DNA from: a virus
Lineage: Duplodnaviria; Caudoviricetes
Virus record (IMG/VR): IMGVR_UViG_3300044678_002325
Span: 1 to 64,000 of that record
Strand: one strand, 5' to 3'
Length of the DNA stretch: 64,000 bases
The stretch's first letter is position 1. Every line of letters starts with the position of its first letter. Shown here in pieces: positions 44,896-55,114 of this stretch. A model generated the notes under the pieces. The model saw only the letters and a list, made by a program, of their open reading frames with translations. It was not told the origin of the DNA and made no database searches. Position numbers and translations under genes: made by a program.

Positions 44896-45615
44896 TTATA
44901 TGAATTCCAATTCATTTGTTTTAGGATTCCATTCCACAATTAATGGTTTGTTTTTATACTCATATCTTTCATTCAATACACTTGCATTTATATAATGAGT
45001 ATCACCATCAAATACGTAGCCATATCCTGAGTGAATGTGACCACAAACGTGAATCTTTGGTTTAATTTCTTTGATTCTATCAGCCAATAATTCACAACCT
45101 AGATGTTCAGTTCTACCAATAACTTGGTCAACATAACCATAAGCTGGTCCATGAGTGATAAGGATGTCAGTATCAGTTGGAATATTATCCCATCTACGTT
45201 TTAGTTCCTCACCTTTTCTTGGTAGATTAAATGCCCAATCAAAGAATTCTGGTTGCCAAGGACTACCATATATCTTCACAGGTTTTTCATCCCCAATTTG
45301 GACTTCTACTGAACTATCTCTTAGGTATTCAAAGTTCTTATAGCTGTTTAATATTTCTTCGGTACGTCTAGGTATTAGAACACTCCCATGAACAAAGAAT
45401 GGTTCTCTATCTATAAACCCCCAATCGTGATTACCAGCAATGAATACTTTGAAATCGTAATCCAATCCATCAAACCATTGACAGAAATCTTGTATCTCGT
45501 AATTATAACCCATTGAAGACATATCCCCAGCATGAATTAAAAGATTACCTCCAGGTAAATCCTTCTCGATTAATTTATGTTTGCTATGTGTATCTGATAC
45601 AAATGTAATTTTCAT
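44896..45615 (-). CDS. Metallophosphoesterase (MPPED/239FB-like)
   Basis: SDTH, HAGD, AGNHD, ITHGP, CGHIH. Confidence 0.9.
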   Translation of the reverse strand: MKITFVSDTHSKHKLIEKDLPGGNLLIHAGDMSSMGYNYEIQDFCQWFDGLDYDFKVFIAGNHDWGFIDREPFFVHGSVLIPRRTEEILNSYKNFEYLRDSSVEVQIGDEKPVKIYGSPWQPEFFDWAFNLPRKGEELKRRWDNIPTDTDILITHGPAYGYVDQVIGRTEHLGCELLADRIKEIKPKIHVCGHIHSGYGYVFDGDTHYINASVLNERYEYKNKPLIVEWNPKTNELEFI

Positions 45616-45682
45616 TTTATTATGTTTTTTTTACAAAAATAAACTATTTATATGATATAATAAAATAAATTAATAAAAAATT

Positions 45683-46309
45683 ATGAAAAAAATTATAAGA
45701 TTAACAGAGTCTGATTTAATCAGATTAGTAAAAAGAGTTATAAAGGAAAACCAAACACCCTCAGTAATGGGACAAATATTTGCTGAGATGAGAGCTGATA
45801 CTGGATGTTCAGACATTATTGTTAGGTTAAGAAATGTTATTAGTATGTTAATTAGTGGTACTGATTACGCAACTTATTCTAAAACAGGAACATGGGGTGA
45901 ATATTTAAATTCATTAAACAAACTTAATGTTACACTTGAGCAAGAAATGGCAAGAGTGACTAAGACAACTAATCCAATGTTTACAAAAATACAAACTTTG
46001 TGTGTTGCACAAGGAATAATTCCTAAAGATAAATGTGTTGTAAAACTTCAAAAATTAATTCTATCTAAAGCCAAAGGACAAAATGAACTAGAAACTGAAA
46101 GTGGTAAAATAGAATGGGCTGATGGTATTGTTGGACTTGCAACTTTACAATCATTAGTTCTTGGTATGATTGATTTCTTCCAATCCATTTTAGCGAAAAA
46201 TCCTGAATTAACAGATTCACCATTGGTAACTCAAACCGCCAAAAATCAAGTGACATATAAAGGAATTAAGGGTGTTGAACAAAAAGTAGGAACTATGCAA
46301 CGTCCGTAA
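45683..46309 (+). CDS. MKKIIRLTESDL-motif protein with possible PG-binding-like segment
   Basis: Family peptide; VVKLQ...ADGIVGLAT. Confidence 0.7.
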   Translation: MKKIIRLTESDLIRLVKRVIKENQTPSVMGQIFAEMRADTGCSDIIVRLRNVISMLISGTDYATYSKTGTWGEYLNSLNKLNVTLEQEMARVTKTTNPMFTKIQTLCVAQGIIPKDKCVVKLQKLILSKAKGQNELETESGKIEWADGIVGLATLQSLVLGMIDFFQSILAKNPELTDSPLVTQTAKNQVTYKGIKGVEQKVGTMQRP

Positions 46310-46333
46310 ATAACATCATTAAAATATCAGAGA

Positions 46334-46867
46334 CTACAAATAAGATATAAAGAAAATAAAGTAATTATTTGTAGTCTCTTTAATTTTAGTTTCAGTAAAG
46401 TCATTAGGATTATATATAGTTGTGATGTTTTCATTCTCAAACTCAAATATGTCACAATAAACTCTAGTATAGGGTAAAAAATCCAAATTATAATTATTTT
46501 TGATATACTCATCAAATTTTGAATACGCCAAATTTTTATCAAATTCCCCTTCAATAGGAAAATGGTAATAAAGTAATGTTCCCATATTTAAAAAACTTCC
46601 CGTAAAACAAATCATATAATCATTTAAATCATCTGAAAGATTTAAATTATATGTACTACAATTAGTTGGTAACTCTAATTGTTTTTTTTCTATAACATAC
46701 TTTTTGAGAGTATCAATTAATGTTTTAACATTTGTTGTGTCAAAATTAATCTTAATATTTAAAGAATTTTGATTTATTAAATATTCACAAAATTCCATAT
46801 TAACATTCTTTTGTGATAATATTGGTAATGAAACAAAAAAAAGAAGATTTAAAATTAAAGTTCTCAT
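46334..46867 (-). CDS. Secreted hypothetical protein
   Basis: Start trimmed to MRTLILNLLFF; signal-peptide-like. Confidence 0.6.
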   Translation of the reverse strand: MRTLILNLLFFVSLPILSQKNVNMEFCEYLINQNSLNIKINFDTTNVKTLIDTLKKYVIEKKQLELPTNCSTYNLNLSDDLNDYMICFTGSFLNMGTLLYYHFPIEGEFDKNLAYSKFDEYIKNNYNLDFLPYTRVYCDIFEFENENITTIYNPNDFTETKIKETTNNYFIFFISYL

Positions 46868-46908
46868 AATTAATAATTTTGTTAATATTAAAAAATGTAA
46901 TTGTTTTT

Positions 46909-47466
46909 TTAATCCCACCAGCCTCTCATACCAGAGCCATCAAAAATATCATCCCAGTTTCCACCTTTAAAATAAACAGAAGAATCTTGCCCTTTCATAA
47001 TATCCCATAATTCAATCCATTCTATTTCTTCAAGCTCTCTAATTCTTGAAAAATATTTGCGTTTGAACTCTTTTTCTTCTTCAGAATCTTTGTCCACCAT
47101 TTCCAAGAAACCTGGTTTATCTTCAAGAGGTATAAAATCATAATTAAACCCACTCAAACCTCTACCCATTTCCGCTTCTACAATATCGAAATATCTATCT
47201 TCTCTAATGTTTTTAATTATCTCAGTAGCACGTCTCATTTTAGCAACTTTCTTCATTCTGCTGTGTTCAATTTCGATACCTTTATTTTCAACACCATTAG
47301 CGATGTCATTTACACCTATTTCAATGAAATCTAATGTACCACTATAATCCCACCAATGGTGATTCCACAGAGCTTTTCTGAATTTGTATATATTCCTAAA
47401 GAAATTAGGTAAATCTCGCATTAGAAACCGTTTGGTTCTACCAAACCAAGTATATGAGTAAGGCAT
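46909..47466 (-). CDS. Conserved phage hypothetical protein
   Basis: WWDYS...GWWD C-terminus. Confidence 0.7.
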   Translation of the reverse strand: MPYSYTWFGRTKRFLMRDLPNFFRNIYKFRKALWNHHWWDYSGTLDFIEIGVNDIANGVENKGIEIEHSRMKKVAKMRRATEIIKNIREDRYFDIVEAEMGRGLSGFNYDFIPLEDKPGFLEMVDKDSEEEKEFKRKYFSRIRELEEIEWIELWDIMKGQDSSVYFKGGNWDDIFDGSGMRGWWD

Positions 47467-47482
47467 TTTGAATATTTTTTAT

Positions 47483-47734
47483 TTAGAACAAAAAAATTTG
47501 AGAGAATTTTGAAAAAAACGATTTGTTTTTTCTCAATTTATATGATTTTGATTTAGTTTCTTTATCAAAGTTACTAGTTAAAGTAGTTTTACTAACTTCA
47601 CTTATATCTTTACCCCATTTTTTAAGATAAAGTTCAAAAAGTTTTTGAGTTGTTTCAACTTGACTTGGGTTTTCACAAGAATCCAAAACTGTCATAATCC
47701 AAGAGTACTGGTTGTAAGGTCCTTTTCTGTTCAT
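47483..47734 (-). CDS. Hypothetical protein
   Basis: ORF track, start trimmed. Confidence 0.55.
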   Translation of the reverse strand: MNRKGPYNQYSWIMTVLDSCENPSQVETTQKLFELYLKKWGKDISEVSKTTLTSNFDKETKSKSYKLRKNKSFFSKFSQIFLF

Positions 47735-47804
47735 AATGACTATAAGTTTAATGAGTGAGTTAATAATCATCACAAAAGTAAGAAAAGAAATTCAAAGTAA
47801 AAAA

Positions 47805-48269
47805 TTATTTGATATAAAAATCCAAAAATCTTTTCACAACTAGATTAAGAGGGTGTTTAATATCATTTCTATGAATTTCCATTTGATTTGACATTTCATT
47901 TTCATAAAATTCTCGGTCAAAATCAGTTTCAGCTGTTTGTATCAGATTAGTTAATTTTTTAAATCCACCAATTTGAAGTATCTTATATATTTTTGGGTCA
48001 TATTTTAGAAAATTAACAATATTTTCCTTTAATTCTTTTTTATTATTAAGATATCTAAAATATTCTTCAACCTCAACACCAAACATATCAGTATATTTGA
48101 CAACAAAATCAATTTTACCACCTCTACCATCAGTTAAATTGTGATATATAAGGTCATTACTGACATTAAAAATTGTTTTAAGGTATTCAAACAATTCTTG
48201 GTTAACATCACCATAATGTTTGTTAAGTATTCTTCTTTTTTCGTTCTCCGAAATTATTATTTTTTTCAT
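47805..48269 (-). CDS. MKKIIISENEK-motif protein
   Basis: Variant family peptide. Confidence 0.7.
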   Translation of the reverse strand: MKKIIISENEKRRILNKHYGDVNQELFEYLKTIFNVSNDLIYHNLTDGRGGKIDFVVKYTDMFGVEVEEYFRYLNNKKELKENIVNFLKYDPKIYKILQIGGFKKLTNLIQTAETDFDREFYENEMSNQMEIHRNDIKHPLNLVVKRFLDFYIK

Positions 48270-48311
48270 AATAAAATTGATTATCTATTTAAATATAAAT
48301 ATTATTGGTTA

Positions 48312-48590
48312 ATGAAAAGACGTTTAACACTATTAATGAATAAAGTTTTGATTGAATATCTTGAAGACCTATATGGTAAAGGAAGTAGTGTTGACATTAG
48401 TTCAATAATTGTAGGTTCAAGACACAATGAAACGATAATAAATTATAAGTTATTATACACCAATCAAGAATATTTGTTAGAAACAATGAATGTTGGATCC
48501 GATTTTTTGTTGGAGAGGAGTTGGGAGTTATTGGATTTACCAAAAACAAAATTAATTTTGGCATGTTCAATGCGAATGGTTGATTTATAA
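48312..48590 (+). CDS. Hypothetical protein
   Basis: Start trimmed to MKRRL. Confidence 0.55.
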   Translation: MKRRLTLLMNKVLIEYLEDLYGKGSSVDISSIIVGSRHNETIINYKLLYTNQEYLLETMNVGSDFLLERSWELLDLPKTKLILACSMRMVDL

Positions 48591-48625
48591 AAAAAATAAA
48601 ATTATCATTAAATAAAAATTACAAA

Positions 48626-49051
48626 ATGAAAAAAGTTCAAATTGGTGACACCGTTATAGTCAATTACACAGGAAAATTGGAAGATGGGACAATTTTTGAT
48701 TCTTCTTTAAATGAAGGTCGTGAACCTCTTAAATCAACATTAGGTCAAAATCAATTAATACCAGGTTTTGAACAAGGTTTACTTGATATGAGTATTGGTG
48801 ATAAAAAAACAATTGAAATTGAACCAAACGATGCTTATGGTGAATATAGTACTGATAGGGTAACTACAATAAGTAAAACTCAAGTTCCTCCAGATGTTAA
48901 AGTTGGTGAGACACTACAAGGAATGAGTTCACAAGGTCCAATCATAATTAAGATTTTGGAAATTGATGGTGATGTTGTTGTTATTGATGCAAACCATCCA
49001 CTAGCAGGTAAGAAACTTATCTTTGACGTTGAAGTTACAAGTATTGATTAA
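48626..49051 (+). CDS. FKBP-type peptidyl-prolyl isomerase (SlpA/SlyD-like)
   Basis: VNYTGKLEDGTIFDSS, LIPGFE, AYG, DANHPLAGK.L.F. Confidence 0.93.
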   Translation: MKKVQIGDTVIVNYTGKLEDGTIFDSSLNEGREPLKSTLGQNQLIPGFEQGLLDMSIGDKKTIEIEPNDAYGEYSTDRVTTISKTQVPPDVKVGETLQGMSSQGPIIIKILEIDGDVVVIDANHPLAGKKLIFDVEVTSID

Positions 49052-49111
49052 AAATCGGTGTTCAAACGAACACCATTTTTTTTTAAGTATATTTATAATA
49101 AAAATATTTTT

Positions 49112-49759
49112 ATGAAAATAATAATAACTGAAAATCAATATAAGTTTTTGGAAAAAAATCACACAATATTGGAACAACTTGAAAGTGAAAAAATATTTCA
49201 AAAATTTATAGATATGATGATGAAAGAATTACCTAAAACTGAAACTAAACCAAAAAGTTCAGATGATTCTAAAAATTTAGATAATTTAGATAAACCAACA
49301 AAAAAAACATCAGACAAATTATTTTCTCCACTAAAAAATGTTAAATTTCCTAAAAATAATTTTGGTGCAAATAGACCAGGATTAGATAAACCAGGAAAAA
49401 GTCATCCAGGTATTGATTTGACTGCGGCATCAGGTACTGAAGTATATTCACCACAAAATGGTGTAGTAATAGATTCCGCAATTAGAAATGATGCTTGTGG
49501 TGGAACTTTATTTATTGACCATCAAAATGGTTTTAAAAGTAGATATTGCCATTTAAAACAAATTTTTGTTCAAAAAGGGGATAAAGTTGAACTTGGAGAA
49601 AAGGTAGCATTAAGTGGGGGTGGTAAGGATGACAATGGACACGGATTTTCAACTGGACCGCATCTACATTTTGAGTTATATCGCGATGGTAAATTAGTTG
49701 ATCCCATTCAGCATGTCAAAGAAAAAACATATGATGAAGATTCTGATAGTTTAGTTTAA
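49112..49759 (+). CDS. MKIIITENQ-motif protein with M23 peptidase domain
   Basis: HPGIDL, YCHL, STGPHLHFE. Confidence 0.88.
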   Translation: MKIIITENQYKFLEKNHTILEQLESEKIFQKFIDMMMKELPKTETKPKSSDDSKNLDNLDKPTKKTSDKLFSPLKNVKFPKNNFGANRPGLDKPGKSHPGIDLTAASGTEVYSPQNGVVIDSAIRNDACGGTLFIDHQNGFKSRYCHLKQIFVQKGDKVELGEKVALSGGGKDDNGHGFSTGPHLHFELYRDGKLVDPIQHVKEKTYDEDSDSLV

Positions 49760-49767
49760 AAATATCT

Positions 49768-50157
49768 TTATTCATACATCATATATTCTTTCTCAGGATG
49801 TTTTTTTTCAAATATTTTTAGTAATTTCCCAGCAATTGAATTAGCTTCATCTTCATTAATACCACCAATATCAGGTCCAATTTTTCTACCCATAACATCT
49901 ATTTGATATTCATGTACCCATTCATGAGCCAAAGTTCTTAATGTATCTCTCATCATTCTTCCCTTGGCTAATATTCTAATTTCATTTTTTTGGTTTCTAG
50001 AACCTGTTGTCATATTACCAACTCTTTTTGATAAAAAAATAATCTCAAGATTCTTTTTTAACGGATAATTCTCAAATAAAAACTTAATAAAGTCTTGGAT
50101 ATACTTGTGTTTTCTTTTTTCTACACTATTTTCTTTATATACTATTTTAATTTCCAT
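49768..50157 (-). CDS. HExxH metallopeptidase-like protein
   Basis: LRTLAHEWVHEYQ...EDEAN. Confidence 0.7.
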   Translation of the reverse strand: MEIKIVYKENSVEKRKHKYIQDFIKFLFENYPLKKNLEIIFLSKRVGNMTTGSRNQKNEIRILAKGRMMRDTLRTLAHEWVHEYQIDVMGRKIGPDIGGINEDEANSIAGKLLKIFEKKHPEKEYMMYE

Positions 50158-50189
50158 ATTATATAAATATTTATAATAAAAATAAATTA

Positions 50190-51005
50190 ATGAAAAAATT
50201 GATAATTTCTGAAAACGAAAAGATTAGAATTAAATCTTTGTACAATATTATTGAACAAACTGAAAATGAAAAGACATTTGGTAAATTTATAAATTTAATG
50301 ATGAAAGATTTACCTAAAGATAAAACAAATTCAGATACTGGAAATGATGTTGCGGATTCAAATAATACTGAAGATACATCAACAATAGAAAGTATTAAAG
50401 ATTTGAATGATAATGAAAATATTGTACTCAAAACGTTAAAAGAAGATGGGTTTACTGACGAGGCTGCTGCGGCCGTTATGGGTGTTGTTGGTGGTGAAAG
50501 TGCATTCAAAACATTCAAAGAAGTTGGTTATGGTACAACATCAAATGATAGGATTAGAGCTATTTTTGGTGCAAGAGTGAGTAGTTATACTGACGCTCAA
50601 TTAGATGCTTTAAAAAAATCAGATGAGAATTTTTTCAATGTAGTTTATGGAGGACAACACGGAAATGCTCCAAATGAAGGGTATAAATACGTGGGTAGGG
50701 GATTCAATGGTATAACATTCAAAGGAAATTACGTAGCCGCAAAAAATTGTACAGGGATTGATTTTGTTAGTAAACCTGAATTATTGGAAGACCCAAAATA
50801 TGCGGCAAAAGCTTTGTCTTGTTATTTTAAACCAATTAAAAGTATTTCAGAGTTTGAAAAAGCGTTTCAAGAAGCTTTTCGTTATAATGCAGGTCCAGGT
50901 AATAGTTTTGCGTATTATGCTAGTAGTAATAACCCTGTTGCAGTACAAGGGATTCCACTTAAACGAGGCAAAGCTCAACAATACTACAAGAAAATAAAAG
51001 AGTAG
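50190..51005 (+). CDS. MKKLIISENEK-motif protein with lysozyme/GH19-like domain
   Basis: AAVMG...ES, FFN.VYG, GYKYVGRGFNGITFKGNY, D.VSKPELL. Confidence 0.75.
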   Translation: MKKLIISENEKIRIKSLYNIIEQTENEKTFGKFINLMMKDLPKDKTNSDTGNDVADSNNTEDTSTIESIKDLNDNENIVLKTLKEDGFTDEAAAAVMGVVGGESAFKTFKEVGYGTTSNDRIRAIFGARVSSYTDAQLDALKKSDENFFNVVYGGQHGNAPNEGYKYVGRGFNGITFKGNYVAAKNCTGIDFVSKPELLEDPKYAAKALSCYFKPIKSISEFEKAFQEAFRYNAGPGNSFAYYASSNNPVAVQGIPLKRGKAQQYYKKIKE

Positions 51006-51006
51006 A

Positions 51007-51387
51007 TTATTTTGGTTTATCCCTACATAATATCATATCTTTCTTTTCATTAAGATAATAAACATAGTCTACCCCATTTATTTTTTCTTCTTTCTTTTCA
51101 TATTTAGCCGAGTCAATTTTAAATGGTTTTTTAGAACAATGAATTGCATTTTCTATGTCTTTCTCAGTAATTTTTTTTGTTTGGTCTGATGTCGCTCCTG
51201 TTGAAGGTGGTACTCCCCCTACTGGAGGTGGTGGCGTAGTTCCACTCATAGGTGCTGGGGGTGGAGGAGGTGTTCCTCCCATAGGTGCTGGAGGTGGAGG
51301 AGGTGGCGGTGGAGCTTGTTCCAAAATATATTTACGTTCCAATAAAAGATTTCTTTCTTGAATTAGTTTTGTTTTTCTATAAGACAT
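51007..51387 (-). CDS. Proline-rich protein
   Basis: IQERNLLLE...LEQ then (PPPPPAPM) repeats. Confidence 0.7.
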   Translation of the reverse strand: MSYRKTKLIQERNLLLERKYILEQAPPPPPPPPAPMGGTPPPPPAPMSGTTPPPPVGGVPPSTGATSDQTKKITEKDIENAIHCSKKPFKIDSAKYEKKEEKINGVDYVYYLNEKKDMILCRDKPK

Positions 51388-51441
51388 ATTAACTTTTATT
51401 AATAAATATTAAAATCTACCAAAAGTGTTAAATTTTTTAAT

Positions 51442-51627
51442 TTAACTCAATAATTTACCTACTTCAACCATTATCTGTTGTTGTCTTTGTTCTAATTGTT
51501 GAATCTTTAAACGTTGTTCTCTGTTTAATTCAAGACTTTCACCTTTGATTCTATTAATTTCATTAAAACATTTTGTGTGTTCATTTAACAAGTTTCCGTA
51601 AATTTGAGCTTTTTGATCTGTTGTCAT
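51442..51627 (-). CDS. Small coiled-coil protein
   Basis: ORF track. Confidence 0.6.
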   Translation of the reverse strand: MTTDQKAQIYGNLLNEHTKCFNEINRIKGESLELNREQRLKIQQLEQRQQQIMVEVGKLLS

Positions 51628-51649
51628 AATATTTAATATTTATTTTTAT

Positions 51650-52141
51650 ATGTATCTAATTCAAAAATATGAATTTCAAATTAAATTAATGGTAATCTTA
51701 TTATCAATAATACAACCATTTATTTTAATGTCAATATGTGGTGAATTATGGTCAATATCAAATTATTGGAAAACCCCACTTCAACCTATGTTTATAATTG
51801 TAAACGCGGCCACAAGTTATTTTTTCTTCAGTACTGACCGATGGGTAATACCTTCAATTTTTTTATTACTTCTGACCGCGTTCTCTTTAGAAATGTATCC
51901 CATTATTCATAATGTTTTTGCGGGATGTTTTTTTATCTCTTGTATTTACCCATTATTAACATTAAAAAGATTTAAATTCTTTGGTCTTTTATATCTATTG
52001 TCAATTTTGGTTTTATTGTTAGTAGGTATGTTGTGGTTCGAAATTTATTGTGTTTTAATACTAGGGTCATACCATTTAACAATACTTAGTTATAAACATA
52101 ATTTGGATAAATTAAGAAAAAGTCATAATTTATACCGCTGA
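51650..52141 (+). CDS. Multi-pass membrane protein
   Basis: 5-6 hydrophobic segments; SISNYW, IHNVFA. Confidence 0.65.
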   Translation: MYLIQKYEFQIKLMVILLSIIQPFILMSICGELWSISNYWKTPLQPMFIIVNAATSYFFFSTDRWVIPSIFLLLLTAFSLEMYPIIHNVFAGCFFISCIYPLLTLKRFKFFGLLYLLSILVLLLVGMLWFEIYCVLILGSYHLTILSYKHNLDKLRKSHNLYR

Positions 52142-52725
52142 CGCTTTTGGTAATCACTTACCAAATCATCATATCTCCACAATTCAAACTTTTCTACGAC
52201 CATCCCAATATGTTTCCAATAACCTTCACCACCATAACCAGTACAATTGTTTGACCAATATTTCCAATCTTTTCCAATAGCGTGAGGATAAAATTTATTC
52301 AAGAATTCTGCATGGTCATTAAATGAATCTTCAAAGTTTTTATACTTCCTCCATCTTGAACCACTAGAAGTTTCATAATAACCACCACTATACAATTCTT
52401 TATAGTACTTCATTCCAAAAAGATTATTACTATGTCTAGCAATATCTGACCTTCCCCCGCCACTCTCAGTTATAGCTTGAGCCAACTGAATACTAACAGG
52501 TACACCACAATCTAAATGATGTTGGATTGCAACACCCCCATATTCTTCACAGAATTTGGCGTAGGGATGTTTTTGTTTAAAATTCACACTGTACATTATG
52601 TTCTTAACAATAATGTCATTGTGACTTGTTTTTTCATCTTCCGAAGAAACTGAAATGTTTTGGGTGTTTCTATACTCAAATGAGATAAATAATAACCCCA
52701 AAAGAATTACAATTACTCTTTTCAT
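52123..52725 (-). CDS. GH73 glucosaminidase (FlgJ-like)
   Basis: GVPVSIQLAQAITESGGG.S...NNLFGMK...RKY...SF.DH. Confidence 0.85.
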   Translation of the reverse strand: MKRVIVILLGLLFISFEYRNTQNISVSSEDEKTSHNDIIVKNIMYSVNFKQKHPYAKFCEEYGGVAIQHHLDCGVPVSIQLAQAITESGGGRSDIARHSNNLFGMKYYKELYSGGYYETSSGSRWRKYKNFEDSFNDHAEFLNKFYPHAIGKDWKYWSNNCTGYGGEGYWKHIGMVVEKFELWRYDDLVSDYQKRQRYKL

Positions 52726-52853
52726 AATGTTTTTGTTTTTAGGTTGAACCACAATTTGTTAAACCCTATTACATTATAAATATATTAAATGACATTGAAA
52801 ACCCTAATCAAAGAAAACCCCAACTTTTTATAGATGGGGTTTTTATATCTTAA

Positions 52854-53777
52854 TTATTTACCTAAATTCAAAATACCTTTGGTATCAGGGTCATCTATAA
52901 TGATTTTTGCAGTATCAATCATTGATGCAAATATAGCTAGATAATCAATAATTGTTTTTAAATAACCGCCAACAGTAGTATTATAACTTATTATCAAATT
53001 ATAAAATGGAGTTAATAAATTTGTGTTAATCCATGTAAAAATTGTTGATACTGCTGTACCTACAGCTTGTACAATTAAAGTCACAACAGCTTGAATCCAT
53101 TTAGGCTGACGATCAAACCTATCATTTATGTTTTTACCTTGAGATTTCAATTTAGCAATTACTGAAGAAAACCCGTATTTGTCTAAAAACGAAGTTATTT
53201 TATCAATCCAATCACTTAAACCCGGAACTTTTATATTAAAATTAGCTAATGACAAAAATTTACTAAGTCCCTCGATAAATAAAGAGACACGTTCTTTTGT
53301 CGTTTCTTTAAATAATGAAGCAAACATATATGCAACAGCTTGTATAGTCTCAACGATTTTGGCTAAAGCTTGTCCTTGTGGTCCTAACCATTTTACAAAC
53401 CAAAGTAACCAATCAATTGTTGCTTGTAAATTATCACTTGGTTTCCAAGAAGCGAATGATTTAATATCTTTTACAGCAGCACTAATCAGATTTGGTTGTT
53501 CCTTATAACTACCTGAACATTTTGTTCTTAACTTATAATCCCTTTGAGATTGAGTTAGGGTTTTATATTCAGGGTCTTTTTTGAAATCAAAAACATAAGC
53601 ATTTTTAGTACCATCCCAAGTATAACTATAAGTATATGATGCTTGTTTTTGACCTCCATTATACCACCATTGGGCGTAATCATATTCCTTGGTTACACCA
53701 CATTCATTTATGACTTTTATTTTTTGAGCTTCAACAATCAAATATTTTAACTGCGATTCAGTAATTAGTATTCTCAT
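52854..53777 (-). CDS. MRILITESQ-motif protein with amphipathic helical C-terminus
   Basis: Family peptide. Confidence 0.72.
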   Translation of the reverse strand: MRILITESQLKYLIVEAQKIKVINECGVTKEYDYAQWWYNGGQKQASYTYSYTWDGTKNAYVFDFKKDPEYKTLTQSQRDYKLRTKCSGSYKEQPNLISAAVKDIKSFASWKPSDNLQATIDWLLWFVKWLGPQGQALAKIVETIQAVAYMFASLFKETTKERVSLFIEGLSKFLSLANFNIKVPGLSDWIDKITSFLDKYGFSSVIAKLKSQGKNINDRFDRQPKWIQAVVTLIVQAVGTAVSTIFTWINTNLLTPFYNLIISYNTTVGGYLKTIIDYLAIFASMIDTAKIIIDDPDTKGILNLGK

Positions 53778-53786
53778 ATTATTATT

Positions 53787-54299
53787 TTAGTTATTTGGGT
53801 CATCCAATTGTTGAATTAAACCAATTGGGTTTTCTAAATCCCAAGAAGGTTCTCCAAACATACCTTTACCAAGATTTTTATATAATTTACCCTCAATTAA
53901 TCCACTTTTATTAAAAGTTCCAACAATAAAATCATATTGACTTATTTCCTCAGAATTTGAAAAATCAGTTTCAAAATTCAATTGTATTCCATACTGACGA
54001 TAAGCTCTTTTAAAATATAGTAATCCAACACCTGGTTTGAAATTACCATTTATCCCAGGTTTTATACCTTTTTGTTCAACACCCTTATTGTTTTTTCGAC
54101 CCTCAATATCCGTAACACCAGGATAGTATGCCACTTCATCAGAATCTATTGCCCATCTCAAACTTTCACCTGTGTGGGTTGTTACTTTTTGTTCAAATAG
54201 TAATGGTTTGGCATTCCCCAATTTTCCTACTGCCAATTGTTTAAATCTTCTTGTTTCATTAATTAATGAACTATATTTTTGTTCAAATAAATCTTTCAT
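53787..54299 (-). CDS. Hypothetical protein
   Basis: Start trimmed to MKDLFEQ; RFKQL...LGNAKPLLFEQ motif. Confidence 0.65.
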   Translation of the reverse strand: MKDLFEQKYSSLINETRRFKQLAVGKLGNAKPLLFEQKVTTHTGESLRWAIDSDEVAYYPGVTDIEGRKNNKGVEQKGIKPGINGNFKPGVGLLYFKRAYRQYGIQLNFETDFSNSEEISQYDFIVGTFNKSGLIEGKLYKNLGKGMFGEPSWDLENPIGLIQQLDDPNN

Positions 54300-54309
54300 A
54301 TTGTTTTTT

Positions 54310-54921
54310 TTATTTTCTTGTATTAAACTTATGGACATTAACCATATCCCTAAATGTATGAGATTTATGTCTTGGTTCATTTATATTATTGCCACTCACA
54401 TCTTTCTCATCACTAGCATGTGGTTTATATATTTTATCCAAAACGCCTTGATGTATTTGGTTATCCGAATTCATTTGTTTTAATATATCTTCAATATCTA
54501 CAATTTCTTCATCTTCTTTTGTATTATATGGAGATTCACCAGCAAAACCAGATTTAATAATATCATCAATCTCGGCATAAATTAATGTACCATCATTTAA
54601 TTTAACTCCAAATTTAATCCAAGTTGGTTGTTTATTATCAATAGTATCTTTAATTATGTTACTAACATCATCCATTGTTATATAAGAAACATCTTTACCA
54701 TATATTGTTTCAATATTACCATCATCATCCATATTCTTCTCTGATGTTATTTTTGCAAATAATCTCTCAAGTTCTTTTAATCCATTCTCGCTTAAATTGT
54801 TAAGCAATTTTTGATAATCATCGTCATTTAAAAACTTTTTTAATAATGGATAATTCTCACTCTCATTGATTAATCTTTTAATCAATTTTTTACATTGGGT
54901 TTCACTTAATATAATTTTCAT
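54310..54921 (-). CDS. MKIILSETQ-motif protein
   Basis: Family peptide. Confidence 0.72.
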   Translation of the reverse strand: MKIILSETQCKKLIKRLINESENYPLLKKFLNDDDYQKLLNNLSENGLKELERLFAKITSEKNMDDDGNIETIYGKDVSYITMDDVSNIIKDTIDNKQPTWIKFGVKLNDGTLIYAEIDDIIKSGFAGESPYNTKEDEEIVDIEDILKQMNSDNQIHQGVLDKIYKPHASDEKDVSGNNINEPRHKSHTFRDMVNVHKFNTRK

Positions 54922-55114
54922 AAATATAAATATCTAACAACAAATAAAAAATACCCATTCATCTTGGGGATTTCTTATCATCAATAATAGATTTAATTAT
55001 TTTCTTAAAATCAGTTTCACCTGACATATTTAGTTTATTGGTTATAATACTTTTTGTACCTTTTAATTGGTGATATAAATCCCAATCCCAAATTGATTTA
55101 TTTTCTATTCTCAT

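Noticed and set aside
51155-51361. Gly-rich + strand ORF
   Set aside because: Antisense reading of the Pro-rich gene.
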